Of a stretch of DNA of 64,000 nucleotides, positions 20,265 to 30,213 are shown in pieces; position 1 is the first letter of the stretch, and each line of letters opens with the position of its first letter. The DNA lies in the IMG/VR virus record IMGVR_UViG_3300025084_000007, positions 47,932 to 111,931 of that record; one strand, 5' to 3'. The notes under the pieces are model-generated. The model saw only the letters and a program-made list of their open reading frames with translations, searched no databases and was not told where the DNA came from. Source of the stretch: a virus. A program made the position numbers and the translations under genes.

Positions 20265-21734
20265 ATGACTGACCTTGTAATAAAAAAGAAGAATGAAGTC
20301 TATCTCAAGATAGACGCAGAACCTCATGTCAATTACGAATTAGCAGATTACTTTTGCTTTGAAGTTGAGTCTGCAAAGTATATGCAGAAGCAACGTCGTT
20401 GGAAGGGATGGGATGGAAAGATTCGTTTATACTCACCTGCAACAGGAGAGATCTATTGTGGTCTTCTAGACTACCTATTAGAGTGGGCGGATGAAAAGAA
20501 GTACAACTACAAATTTCAAGACTGTAAGTTCTTTGGACATCCTCTAGAGCAGAATGAGTTTATCACTCCTCAGGGTGTTGTAGGTTTTGTAAAGTCTCTT
20601 CGGTTGCCTTATCCCGTTCGGGATTATCAGTATAAAGCAATATACGAGGCACTAAAATATAATAGAAGACTTTTATTATCACCGACAGCTTCTGGAAAGT
20701 CTCTGATGATTTATGCATTAGTACGCTTTCATGTAAATGCAAATAGAAATGTTCTTATTGTAGTCCCTACAACATCTCTAGTGGAGCAGATGTATAAAGA
20801 CTTTGAAGAATATGGATGGATGGCGTCCGAAAACTGCCACAAAATATATGCGGGGCAGCAAAAATATACGGACCATCAGGTGGTAATTACCACTTGGCAA
20901 TCTATCTATAAGGAACCTCGTAAGTGGTTTGATAGGTTTGACGTAGTTATCGGTGACGAGGCACACCTTTTCAAAGCTAAATCTCTGACTTCTCTTATGT
21001 CTAAGATGCATGAATGTAAATATCGTATTGGATTTACAGGAACTCTTGATGGTGCAAATGTCAATCAATTAGTTTTGGAGGGTGTCTTTGGAAGGTGTTC
21101 CCAAGTAACACGAACTGCTCAACTAATGCAGGAAGGACATGTTGCCAAATTAAAAGTAAAGATTGTTCTAGTGAAGCATGAGGAAAAACTGTTTGAAGGA
21201 TATCAAGATGAGATCGGATACCTTGTAGAACATGAAGGTAGAAATAAATTCATTCGTAATCTTGCTTGTGATCTGAAGGGAAATACTCTAGTGCTATTCA
21301 ACTATGTAGAGCGTCATGGGGTCCCTCTTTACGAGATGATAAATAGTTACACCGAAAGACCAGTACATTTTGTACATGGTGGTGTAGATGTTAACGACCG
21401 TGAAGACATCAGATTGCTAACTGAACAGTCTGACAATGCTATCATTGTTGCTTCTTACGGTACTTTTTCCACAGGCATCAACATCAAAAGATTACACAAC
21501 GTTATTTTTGCAAGTCCTTCAAAGTCCAGAGTTCGCAACCTACAATCTATAGGTCGTGTTCTAAGGAAAGGCGAAAATAAATCTCAAGCAACATTATATG
21601 ATATTGCTGATGATATCTCTACCGATAGAGGTAACAACTACACACTCAACCATTTAATGGAAAGAGTTAAAGTGTACAATCAAGAAAAATTTAATTATGA
21701 AATCATAGATGTCAACTTAAAAACTTATGATTAA
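20265..21734 (+). CDS. uvsW: SF2 RNA-DNA/DNA helicase UvsW
   Basis: SPTASGKS, DEAH and QSIGRVLR motifs. Confidence 0.96.
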   Translation: MTDLVIKKKNEVYLKIDAEPHVNYELADYFCFEVESAKYMQKQRRWKGWDGKIRLYSPATGEIYCGLLDYLLEWADEKKYNYKFQDCKFFGHPLEQNEFITPQGVVGFVKSLRLPYPVRDYQYKAIYEALKYNRRLLLSPTASGKSLMIYALVRFHVNANRNVLIVVPTTSLVEQMYKDFEEYGWMASENCHKIYAGQQKYTDHQVVITTWQSIYKEPRKWFDRFDVVIGDEAHLFKAKSLTSLMSKMHECKYRIGFTGTLDGANVNQLVLEGVFGRCSQVTRTAQLMQEGHVAKLKVKIVLVKHEEKLFEGYQDEIGYLVEHEGRNKFIRNLACDLKGNTLVLFNYVERHGVPLYEMINSYTERPVHFVHGGVDVNDREDIRLLTEQSDNAIIVASYGTFSTGINIKRLHNVIFASPSKSRVRNLQSIGRVLRKGENKSQATLYDIADDISTDRGNNYTLNHLMERVKVYNQEKFNYEIIDVNLKTYD

Positions 21735-22140
21735 TTACGCAAGACATGATGAAGAATTCTACGGAGTTTTCAAACTCCTCAATGGTGAGGAAGTTTTAGG
21801 TAAAGCAGTGCTTACAGAAGATGATGGAGAAACCTTAGTGTTTATCCAAGATCCTGTTTGCACCCAAGTAGTTCATAAAGAACTCGACGAAGGAAAACTA
21901 GTTCGTGGAGTAGGGTTTTCTAAATGGATGCAGTTTTCTAATGAGGACTTCTTTATTTTACGTGAGAAGGATATTCTTACGGTAACCTCAATGAGTAAAG
22001 AAGTTTCATACTTATACGAAGCTTTTATTCTTAGTGAAGATGACGAGAAGTCATCTAAAAAAGATCTAGAACCCGAGATGGGTTACCTAGGTAAAATTAA
22101 TGAAGCAAGAAAGCTCTTAGAGAAGATCTATAGAAGCTAG
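21727..22140 (+). CDS. conserved hypothetical protein (Sm-like fold candidate)
   Basis: FKLLNGEEVLG motif; conserved position between uvsW and gp55. Confidence 0.7.
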   Translation: MINYARHDEEFYGVFKLLNGEEVLGKAVLTEDDGETLVFIQDPVCTQVVHKELDEGKLVRGVGFSKWMQFSNEDFFILREKDILTVTSMSKEVSYLYEAFILSEDDEKSSKKDLEPEMGYLGKINEARKLLEKIYRS

Positions 22141-22178
22141 TAGTTCTCTGAACCCTTACATGGTTATTCTACAGAGAC

Positions 22179-22206
22179 TTGACGATTCTGTCAAGTATGT
22201 TATAAT
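22179..22206 (+). promoter_or_regulatory. sigma70-like promoter of gp55 overlapped by an inverted repeat
   Basis: TTGACG-N16-TATAAT; palindrome ACTTGAC-N6-GTCAAGT. Confidence 0.65.
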
Positions 22207-22226
22207 ATTAACAAAGCAGATAACAT

Positions 22227-22763
22227 ATGAAAACCACTGTTAAAAAACAAAAACAACATTATGTTGACAATCAAGAGTTTCTTGCTGCAATAATTGTATA
22301 TAAAAAGAAACTCATTTCTGCTGCAGAGAAAGAGATTCCTGGATTTCAAGATCTTCCCCACAACAAACAGGTGCAAGCTCTTAAGAAATGGGATAGTCCT
22401 AAGAAACCCAGAGTCAATAATTATATTGGTGGGTGCTTCTTAAAGATTGCAACTCACCTTTCATATCGTCCTAACTTCATTAACTACATGTATAAGGAGG
22501 ATATGATTTGCGATGGCATTGAAAATTGCATTCAATACATCAATAACTTTGATCCTGACAAATCTAAAAATCCGTTTGCATACTTTACACAGATTGTATA
22601 CTATGCATTCTTAAGAAGGATTCAAAAAGAAAAAAGACAGATGGAGATCAAAGACAAGATTCTAGAGAAATCTGGTTACGATCACGTCTTTAGTATTGAC
22701 GGGGATGTAGATACAGGGTATAATCAGATCAAGTCCCGTGTGGAGATGAACTCGAAACGATGA
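22227..22763 (+). CDS. gp55: late sigma factor gp55
   Basis: HYVDNQEFL, HLSYRPNFINY and NPFAYFTQI motifs. Confidence 0.96.
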   Translation: MKTTVKKQKQHYVDNQEFLAAIIVYKKKLISAAEKEIPGFQDLPHNKQVQALKKWDSPKKPRVNNYIGGCFLKIATHLSYRPNFINYMYKEDMICDGIENCIQYINNFDPDKSKNPFAYFTQIVYYAFLRRIQKEKRQMEIKDKILEKSGYDHVFSIDGDVDTGYNQIKSRVEMNSKR

Positions 22764-23791
22764 AGATCTTATTGATTACGGACCAACACTTTGGTGTTCG
22801 TAACGACAATCAGTATTTTATTGAGAGTTATAGAAAATTTTATACCAAGGTAGTTATACCGTACATCGAAAAGTTTAACATCGAGCAAGTGATTGCTCTT
22901 GGAGATACTTTTGATAAGCGTAGGTCAATCAACTTCATGTCTCTGGAAGCAGCAAAGGACATGTGGTTTGATCCTTTAAGTAAACTAGGTGTACAAATGC
23001 GTATGCTAGTAGGTAACCATGACATATATTACAAAAATACTTTGCGAGTTAATGCCCCAAGTGAGTTACTTGCAGGGTACACAAACATCAGTGTCATCGA
23101 TAATCCCACCACTGCTGTTTACGATGGTCTTCCTATACTCCTTCTGCCTTGGATTTGCGATGAAAATCGTGCAGCAGTTCTTGAAGAAGTAGGAACTACT
23201 AAAGCAGAAGTATGCATGGGACACTTAGAACTTAATGGTTTTGAAGCACACCCTGGACATGTAATGGAAAGTGGTATGGATAAGAATACGTTCTCAAAAT
23301 TTAAGAAAGTATTTTCTGGACACTATCACATGAAATCTAGTAAAGGTAATGTGTCTTACTTGGGTAATCCATACCAGTTATATTGGAATGACTATGGATG
23401 TAAAAGAGGGTTCCATGTATTTGATACCGACACTCTGAGAACAACTTTTATTAGAAATCCATTTGACACTTTCCATAAAGTGTACTACAATAATGGAGTA
23501 AGTTTGCCAGATTCTAGCGAACTACAAGGAGCATATGTCAAACTGATCGTAGAAGAGAAGGGAGATTATGCAAAGTTTGATTACACAGTCAATCAACTTC
23601 AATCAATGTCTTTGGGTGATTTAAAAATCATCGAAGACCTTAATGCAGAAGTCTCTAGTGATTCGGTGTTGGAAACCGAAGACACTATGACTCTCCTAGA
23701 TAACTACATAGATGAAATAGATCTTAAGGTTAGCAAAACTAATGTTAAGAATCTAATGAGATCCCTATACATGGAAGCATCTGAAATCTAA
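22760..23791 (+). CDS. gp47: recombination nuclease subunit gp47 (SbcD/Mre11)
   Basis: TDQHFG, GDTFD, GNHD and SGHYH motifs. Confidence 0.96.
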   Translation: MKILLITDQHFGVRNDNQYFIESYRKFYTKVVIPYIEKFNIEQVIALGDTFDKRRSINFMSLEAAKDMWFDPLSKLGVQMRMLVGNHDIYYKNTLRVNAPSELLAGYTNISVIDNPTTAVYDGLPILLLPWICDENRAAVLEEVGTTKAEVCMGHLELNGFEAHPGHVMESGMDKNTFSKFKKVFSGHYHMKSSKGNVSYLGNPYQLYWNDYGCKRGFHVFDTDTLRTTFIRNPFDTFHKVYYNNGVSLPDSSELQGAYVKLIVEEKGDYAKFDYTVNQLQSMSLGDLKIIEDLNAEVSSDSVLETEDTMTLLDNYIDEIDLKVSKTNVKNLMRSLYMEASEI

Positions 23792-24039
23792 TGTTCGTTC
23801 TAACAGACACAAACTCAGGCGGTATCTATGCCGTAAACAGCAAAGATAAAATCAAAACTGTTACTGTATTTGAAGATCGTGACGACGCAGAACGGTATGT
23901 ACAACTACTACTTGCCGATGATTATGAAGATGAACTAGAAATTTTTGAAGTTGACAAAGACGTTGTTGCTATCAACTGTAACACATACGGATATAGTTAT
24001 TCCGTTATTGAAAAAGATGATCTGATTGTCCCCCCGTAA
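23791..24039 (+). CDS. hypothetical protein
   Basis: FEDRDDAERY...DDLIVPP; coupled between gp47 and gp46. Confidence 0.7.
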   Translation: MFVLTDTNSGGIYAVNSKDKIKTVTVFEDRDDAERYVQLLLADDYEDELEIFEVDKDVVAINCNTYGYSYSVIEKDDLIVPP

Positions 24040-25760
24040 TGATTACATTTGAAACCATCCGCTGGAAAAACTTTCTTTCAACAGGAGACCAGTGGACTGA
24101 GATTGATTTTTGCGAGTCATCCTCAACACTTATTGTAGGTTCTAATGGCGCAGGGAAGTCCACTATGTTGGACGCCCTGTGTTTTGCTTTGTTTGGAAAA
24201 GCATTCCGTAAGATTAACAAACCTCAACTAGTTAATAGCATCAACGAAAAGGATGCCAAAGTAGAAGTTACGTTTAGTATTGGTAGTGAGGAGTACCGTG
24301 TATTCCGAGGTATTAAACCTAATGTCTTTGAACTTTACAAAAATAATAAACTGGTTGATCAGGATGCAGCAACCAAAGACACGCAAAAGTATCTTGAGCA
24401 ATCCGTACTCAAACTTAACTATAAGTCATTTACCCAAGTTGTCATTCTTGGTTCTAGTACCTTTGTCCCCTTCATGCAACTTTCTGCCTCTCATAGGAGA
24501 GAGGTGATTGAAGATCTACTAGACATTAATATCTTCTCGAATATGAATGGTCTTTTGAAAGATCGTATTCGTGCATCACAAGGTCAAAGTAAAGATTGTT
24601 CTCACATGTTGACTCTTGCCGAAGGTAAAGTCCATGCTCAGAAAAAATTAATCTATTCTCTTGAAGAAGTAAATCAGAATCGTCAAGAAGAGAAACAGAA
24701 GAAGTATGATGAGAATCTTTCTCTCATGAAGAAAGTGCATGAAGATAAGTATATTGTAGAGAAAGATATTGAAGATACCGAAAGTAAAATTGGTGACTAT
24801 GATGCCGCAGCAAAAACTTTATCATCTTTGCGTCAAGGTCAGTCAGATAGAAAATCCCAACTAAAAATTATCTCTAAAGACCTGAAGTTTTTCAAGGGAC
24901 ATGATGTATGTCCTACATGTACACAAGATATTAGTGGTGCCTTTAAGGATACTCAAATTGATAAATTGACAAACTCTGGCAAATTAGTTGCTGAAGAGAT
25001 TGTTCAATTCAATGTAGATGTTACTGAAGCGACTCAGATTGTGACTGAAATTTCTGAACAGTCTATGAAACTTAAAGAACTTTCCAGTAACCTTACTGCA
25101 CTTGACCGTGACTACGTTAGACTAGAGTTTGATAATCTTCGCATTAAAGATGAACTTGTAAAGTTGCAGGAACATACTCCTAACATCGATAAAGAAAAAG
25201 AACATCTACAAAATGTTGAAGATGAGTATGCAAAAACAAAAACTGATTGTGCATCAGTCAGTCAGAGATTAGATGAGTTCCATGTGATTTCTTCACTGCT
25301 CAAAGATTCTGGAATCAAAAGTAGAATCATCAAAAAATATATTCCCATTTTCAATCAACTAATTAATAAGTATCTCCAATCAATGGACTTCTTTGTTAAC
25401 TTCACACTCGATGAAGAGTTCAATGAAGTCATCAAGAGTCGCTTCAGGGATGAGTTTTCATATGCATCATTCTCTGAAGGTGAGAAGCAGAAGATTGATT
25501 TAGCACTTCTGTTTACTTGGCGTGAAGTTGCTCGTATGAAAAATAGTGTTGCTACTAATTTACTCATTCTTGATGAGGTGTTTGATAGTTCGCTAGATGC
25601 TGCTGGTACTGGAGAACTTCTTCAGATTCTTCGTGGTCTTGGAAAAGATACTAATGCGTTTGTTATATCACATAAAGGAGACATTCTTGTTGATAAGTTC
25701 TTACGAACACTGAAGTTTGAAAAGATCAATAATTTTTCAAAGATGTCGGATGAGTCCTAA
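24039..25760 (+). CDS. gp46: recombination ATPase gp46 (SbcC/Rad50)
   Basis: GSNGAGKST, zinc hook CPTC, SFSEGEK and LILDEVFD. Confidence 0.97.
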   Translation: MITFETIRWKNFLSTGDQWTEIDFCESSSTLIVGSNGAGKSTMLDALCFALFGKAFRKINKPQLVNSINEKDAKVEVTFSIGSEEYRVFRGIKPNVFELYKNNKLVDQDAATKDTQKYLEQSVLKLNYKSFTQVVILGSSTFVPFMQLSASHRREVIEDLLDINIFSNMNGLLKDRIRASQGQSKDCSHMLTLAEGKVHAQKKLIYSLEEVNQNRQEEKQKKYDENLSLMKKVHEDKYIVEKDIEDTESKIGDYDAAAKTLSSLRQGQSDRKSQLKIISKDLKFFKGHDVCPTCTQDISGAFKDTQIDKLTNSGKLVAEEIVQFNVDVTEATQIVTEISEQSMKLKELSSNLTALDRDYVRLEFDNLRIKDELVKLQEHTPNIDKEKEHLQNVEDEYAKTKTDCASVSQRLDEFHVISSLLKDSGIKSRIIKKYIPIFNQLINKYLQSMDFFVNFTLDEEFNEVIKSRFRDEFSYASFSEGEKQKIDLALLFTWREVARMKNSVATNLLILDEVFDSSLDAAGTGELLQILRGLGKDTNAFVISHKGDILVDKFLRTLKFEKINNFSKMSDES

Positions 25761-25770
25761 ATAAACTTGA

Positions 25771-26100
25771 TTGAGGAGAAAACTTTTGCTTTCTACACAG
25801 TACCGACTGCGCTTAGAGTTCATTTGTAAATGTATTGCCAATGGTGAAGAGGTAAAACTAGATGACATGATCTGGGCAGAGAAGTTGGCAAAGTCTCATA
25901 CAACTGCTAGAGACTGGTTACAAAAAGCACGAAGACAATCTTCTCAAGAAATTGAAGAAGGTAGTACCGACGATTTTCTGAATAGGATGGGACTAGGAGA
26001 TCCCGACCCATCCAATCATAGAAAGGGATTCACCGATGCTGACGATATCAAGAGTTGGTTTCACCAAGACAAACCTGATGACTGGAGGCAAAGAGATTAA
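25771..26100 (+). CDS. hypothetical cyanophage protein
   Basis: LSTQYRLRLEFICKCI...DDWRQRD; start uncertain. Confidence 0.65.
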   Translation: MRRKLLLSTQYRLRLEFICKCIANGEEVKLDDMIWAEKLAKSHTTARDWLQKARRQSSQEIEEGSTDDFLNRMGLGDPDPSNHRKGFTDADDIKSWFHQDKPDDWRQRD

Positions 26101-26276
26101 TGCCAAGTGAATTTGATTACGTCGAAGCACCTACAGAAGGTGAAGTTGATAAGTGGGGATTTACAATCAAACCTGCTATTAGCGATAACGAATTGATTCG
26201 TAGATGTCTACGCAATGCTCCTTGCGGTTGTGACAAAAAACAAGTTGAACGAGTGATCCAACAATACTATGACTAA
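26100..26276 (+). CDS. 58-aa hypothetical protein
   Basis: MPSEFDYVEAPTEGEVDKWGFTIKP...; TAATG coupling. Confidence 0.55.
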   Translation: MPSEFDYVEAPTEGEVDKWGFTIKPAISDNELIRRCLRNAPCGCDKKQVERVIQQYYD

Positions 26277-26373
26277 GAAACAATACAAACAATTGCTGCT
26301 AGATCATTTCACAGAGCAGTTAGATAAACTGACAGCGAAGGAACTGAAGGAACTTGCTGCGAGACATACATGA
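26269..26373 (+). CDS. 34-aa hypothetical protein
   Basis: MTKKQYKQLLLDHFTEQLDKLTAKELKELAARHT; coupled overlaps. Confidence 0.5.
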   Translation: MTKKQYKQLLLDHFTEQLDKLTAKELKELAARHT

Positions 26374-26501
26374 AGGATTATGTCTGTATCCCCATGTGGG
26401 ATCCCATTTTCGAGATGATGCGCTATCATTGGGTACACAAGTCAGAAAGGGATCCTGAGCAATTCGTGAAAAATCTTAACCCAGAGCAAGAACGGTTATG
26501 A
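26370..26501 (+). CDS. 43-aa hypothetical protein
   Basis: MKDYVCIPMWDPIFEMMRYHWVHKSE...; ATGA overlaps. Confidence 0.55.
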   Translation: MKDYVCIPMWDPIFEMMRYHWVHKSERDPEQFVKNLNPEQERL

Positions 26502-26797
26502 GCAGTAAGATGCTGTTCTTAGTTGATGCTGGCAACGGCAGATGTATCACTCATGATGGGTACATTCAACTCGGCAGTTTCTCTCATACCGTAGAGAAAC
26601 ATCTTGAATTAAATCCAGAACAAGAATGGCAGGTAACATACTGGATGCCAGATCCATTCTGTATCAGATACCCAAGAGCAAACTATCAGCATACTATGAA
26701 GGCGAACGAGGGTTCACCTAGAACTGATAATGCTTTAGATAGTCGTCCTAGAGACTTCCCAGATCAACCAACCGAAAGACTAGAGAGAACACTATGA
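26498..26797 (+). CDS. hypothetical protein
   Basis: 99-aa ORF in a translationally coupled array. Confidence 0.65.
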   Translation: MSSKMLFLVDAGNGRCITHDGYIQLGSFSHTVEKHLELNPEQEWQVTYWMPDPFCIRYPRANYQHTMKANEGSPRTDNALDSRPRDFPDQPTERLERTL

Positions 26798-26940
26798 AGA
26801 TGTGGGAGACAGAATGCTCTGGTTGCGGTAAGATGATACCAGCAAATCAATGTCCTCAAGTCGGATGCTATGTTCCATCCGAGAATAAATATAAGAATTC
26901 ACTATGCAAACCCTGTTGGTTAAAAAAATGCAAGCAGTAA
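26794..26940 (+). CDS. 48-aa Cys-rich (zinc-finger-like) protein
   Basis: CSGCGK...C....C...LCKPC. Confidence 0.55.
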   Translation: MKMWETECSGCGKMIPANQCPQVGCYVPSENKYKNSLCKPCWLKKCKQ

Positions 26941-27164
26941 TCTATTCAAACGGTAGTCAAGAGTGTGAGCGTATGGCATCACTACTGGAGTCTCTTGGTG
27001 GAGAGTTTTTAGAATATAGACTCAATCAACATTTCACTCAACGTTCTTTTGAAAATGAATTTGGCGAAGGAGCGACATATCCCCAAGTATCTTTAGGATA
27101 TAAGCATGTTGGCAATATGCATGACACTCTACATTTTCTACAAGAGAAAGGTATGCTTGTGTGA
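26928..27164 (+). CDS. glutaredoxin-like protein with a degenerate active site
   Basis: VIYSNGSQECER...FGEGATYPQV...HVG; SxxC in place of CxxC. Confidence 0.7.
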   Translation: MQAVIYSNGSQECERMASLLESLGGEFLEYRLNQHFTQRSFENEFGEGATYPQVSLGYKHVGNMHDTLHFLQEKGMLV

Positions 27165-27385
27165 AAAAAATATTGAGGGTTTGGAAGTATGCATTGGGTT
27201 CGTTCTCTGATGAGAAGACCGAGAGGTATGACAATGCTATTGTCGTTATACGATCTCTCGTGTTTTTTAGCTATCTCATTACTAATTGCTTCATTGTTGC
27301 TGGAGTGATCCGCCACTGGGACAGTAACCAAACTGTCCATGTAGTGTCCCCACACCTTGACGATGGTGCTATACTTACAAAGTAA
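27161..27385 (+). CDS. small membrane protein
   Basis: RVWKYALGSFSDEKT...YLITNCFIVAGVIRHW. Confidence 0.65.
   Translation: MKKILRVWKYALGSFSDEKTERYDNAIVVIRSLVFFSYLITNCFIVAGVIRHWDSNQTVHVVSPHLDDGAILTK
27318..27375 (+). promoter_or_regulatory. early promoter with palindromic upstream motif (copy 1)
   Basis: GGACAGT-N6-ACTGTCC, 28-nt spacer, TGCTATACT. Confidence 0.7.
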
Positions 27386-27398
27386 TCAAGAGAGACGG

Positions 27399-29513
27399 AT
27401 GAACACTCAAGAAGTCAAAGGCACTCTCGCCAAACTGCTTGCCACAGAAAACCTGACGGTAGAGCATCGCAAAGTGTCTACTGCTTGTTTTGATGTTGAT
27501 AAACGTCTCCTTATCCTTCCCGTCTGGAAGACTGCCTCTAACACCGTCTATGACCTTCTAGTGGGGCATGAGGTGGGTCATGCTCTCTATACACCTAACC
27601 AGGACTTTGGCGATGTCTCAAAGGCATTTGTGAATGTCTTGGAAGATGCTCGTATCGAGAAGATGATGAAGATCACTTACCCTGGTCTTCGCAGATCTTT
27701 CTTTGATGGTTATAGGGAACTTTGGGATAGAGATTTCTTCGGTGTTAAGAATGAGGAGATGTCTGATCTATCCTTAATCGATCGTATCAACCTGTACTTC
27801 AAAGGTAGACCTACTATCGGTTTCTCTGATGAGGAGAGAACTTGGGTTGATCGTGCTGCCAATACCAAATCCTTTCAAGACGTCCTTCAACTTGCACGAG
27901 AACTCTGGGATTATGTCAACCAGAAGAAAGATGAAACTGAGATCGAAACTCCAATTCAACCTCAGTCAGGAGATGGTCAGCAATCTGCAGATAGAGAAGA
28001 AGAGTTTGATCTTTCCGATGATAGTGATGATGAGCAAGGTGATGAGGGTGAGTACGAAGATACTGCTGAACTAGAAGTTCCTTCATATGGGATGGGTGGA
28101 GAAATTGATGAGACTCAATCTGTAACTGATGAGGCACTTTCTCAAGCACTAGAGACTTTAGTTGATGATGATGCTAAGGAATGGGTATACTTGTCTCTAC
28201 CTAATATTGACGTTGATGACTATATTGTTACTTATGATGTCGTTCAGGACAATCTAGACAACCATTATTATGGGTATGATTTTCAAGGTGATGTAGAGTC
28301 CAAAGAATATTACGAACGGAATGTTTCGTATGCTGTAGAACATTACAAAAACTTCAAGAAAGATACGCAGAAGACTGTCAACTATTTGTGCAAGCAGTTT
28401 GAAATGAGGAAGTCTGCCGATGACTATAAGCGTGCAGCAACTTCTAAGACAGGTGTTCTTGACACCAACAAACTGCATACTTACAAATATAATGATGACA
28501 TCTTTAAGAAAATTACTATCATTCCTGAGGGTAAGAATCATGGTCTAGTAATGCATCTTGACTGGTCTGGTTCTATGCAGAATCAACTTCTAGATACTAT
28601 GAAGCAACTTTACAACCTAGTATGGTTCTGTAAAAAGTGTGGTATTCCTTTCAGAGTGTATGCTTTTCAATCTGGATTTGTTGGTAACCGACAACAGATA
28701 CCAGAAGACTCGAAGCAAGGTCTCAATGAACTTGCGATGACTTCTGATTTTAGACTATTGGAGATGTTTTCCTCTAGACAAAATGCAAAATCATTAGAGA
28801 AGTCTATGCATTTGCTGTATATTCATGTGTTTTCTATGGGCGGATATCGTATACGGCACTATCCTGAGTACACTCTTGGTGGTACTCCACTCGCTGAAGC
28901 AGTATATTGCACTCGTCAAATTGTTGCTAAATTGAAAAGGGTTGAGCGTGTCAGTAAAGTAAATGTTATTTGTTTGACTGATGGTGAGGCAAATCCAATG
29001 GCATACGTCAGAGAAATGCCCGAGGAGTATCGGTATAGTAATAGAGAGTTCATGCACTCATATCTTTGTCATCGGAGAGGAATAGTATTTTTCCTACGAG
29101 ATCCCCAAACTGGATATACTCGCAGATTAGATTCAAATAGTTACAATACTACAAACGAGATTGTATCTTTTTACAGAGAGATCACTGATTACAACTGGGT
29201 TGGTATTCGTATCTGCAGCAAGACAGAACTAACACGTCTTGTAAGAGAGATTGATATAGATAGAAGTGAATATGAATCCATTGACAAGCACTGGAAGAAG
29301 GAACGCTACGTCTCTATCAAAGACAAGGCAGGATTCACTGAGGCATTCTATATGCCGAATCAAGGTTCTGGCGCAGGCAGTCAAGATCTTGAGGTAAAAC
29401 AAAAGTCTGGGGTTGCTACCAAAGCAGAACTCTCTCGTGCATTTAAAAAGCACATGGGTTCTAAAATGACAAACAAGACCATCCTTAACGCATTTATTGA
29501 GCAAATCGCATGA
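27399..29513 (+). CDS. metallopeptidase-like (HExxH) plus VWA domain protein (CobT-like)
   Basis: GHEVGHAL, NVLEDARIE, acidic linker, MIDAS DWSGSM...LTDGE. Confidence 0.85.
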   Translation: MNTQEVKGTLAKLLATENLTVEHRKVSTACFDVDKRLLILPVWKTASNTVYDLLVGHEVGHALYTPNQDFGDVSKAFVNVLEDARIEKMMKITYPGLRRSFFDGYRELWDRDFFGVKNEEMSDLSLIDRINLYFKGRPTIGFSDEERTWVDRAANTKSFQDVLQLARELWDYVNQKKDETEIETPIQPQSGDGQQSADREEEFDLSDDSDDEQGDEGEYEDTAELEVPSYGMGGEIDETQSVTDEALSQALETLVDDDAKEWVYLSLPNIDVDDYIVTYDVVQDNLDNHYYGYDFQGDVESKEYYERNVSYAVEHYKNFKKDTQKTVNYLCKQFEMRKSADDYKRAATSKTGVLDTNKLHTYKYNDDIFKKITIIPEGKNHGLVMHLDWSGSMQNQLLDTMKQLYNLVWFCKKCGIPFRVYAFQSGFVGNRQQIPEDSKQGLNELAMTSDFRLLEMFSSRQNAKSLEKSMHLLYIHVFSMGGYRIRHYPEYTLGGTPLAEAVYCTRQIVAKLKRVERVSKVNVICLTDGEANPMAYVREMPEEYRYSNREFMHSYLCHRRGIVFFLRDPQTGYTRRLDSNSYNTTNEIVSFYREITDYNWVGIRICSKTELTRLVREIDIDRSEYESIDKHWKKERYVSIKDKAGFTEAFYMPNQGSGAGSQDLEVKQKSGVATKAELSRAFKKHMGSKMTNKTILNAFIEQIA

Positions 29514-29653
29514 AGTGTAAAGTACAACTATTCAAGGCAGGAACAATTTTTGATGAGATTGTTATTGCTACAGACTATGACGATGCTAAGAAAGTTGCCT
29601 TGGCACGAAACCCTGGAGCAACTATCATGGGAGTAACAGCAGTATTTGAATGA
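29510..29653 (+). CDS. 47-aa hypothetical protein
   Basis: MKCKVQLFKAG...ALARNPGATI; ATGA overlaps. Confidence 0.6.
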   Translation: MKCKVQLFKAGTIFDEIVIATDYDDAKKVALARNPGATIMGVTAVFE

Positions 29654-30162
29654 ACATCTTTGTCACTGACGAATCACCTTGGCAGTCTGCTAAGGTTCTA
29701 CCTGACAAGCACATCGTCAAGATGCCCCTGGAGACCTGCCAGATGCTCGCTATAGTCGCCTCAGACAAGTGGGGGCATGGTTATGGTACTTTGCCTAAGG
29801 CAGACGGCACACCCTATGCTACAGAGAAGGGAGCATTCCGTAATCACCCCTGTACTAAGTGGGCAAACGAGACTGTAGCAAACTCTCGATGGTTGCTTGA
29901 GCATGGTATGGCATTATGTGAAGAGTATTTCACTCGGTATGGAAAGATCCATACTTGCTTCAAGACTCTTATTGCTGCTGACTACATTATTCCACAAGCG
30001 AAGTTGTCCAATCACACTCCTTTCGTCTTTGCAGGACCTGACGAGTATAAGTATGACACCAGCATTGACATCTTCACTGCATACAAGATGTACATTGCAT
30101 CTAAACCATGGGTAGCATCCAACTACCTACGTGTGCCAGATCACAAACCGTCTTGGGTTTGA
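29650..30162 (+). CDS. pyrimidine-dimer DNA glycosylase (endonuclease V)-like protein
   Basis: MNIFVTD...DKHIVKMPLETCQML...NHPCTKW...YFTRYGKIH. Confidence 0.65.
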   Translation: MNIFVTDESPWQSAKVLPDKHIVKMPLETCQMLAIVASDKWGHGYGTLPKADGTPYATEKGAFRNHPCTKWANETVANSRWLLEHGMALCEEYFTRYGKIHTCFKTLIAADYIIPQAKLSNHTPFVFAGPDEYKYDTSIDIFTAYKMYIASKPWVASNYLRVPDHKPSWV

Positions 30163-30190
30163 CCCAAATCGATCCAAGACCTGCTACAAT
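30133..30190 (+). promoter_or_regulatory. early promoter with palindromic upstream motif (copy 2, degenerate)
   Basis: GTGCCAG...ACCGTCT, 28-nt spacer, TGCTACAAT. Confidence 0.6.
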
Positions 30191-30213
30191 AACAAAGTAA
30201 ACAAAGGAAAGCA

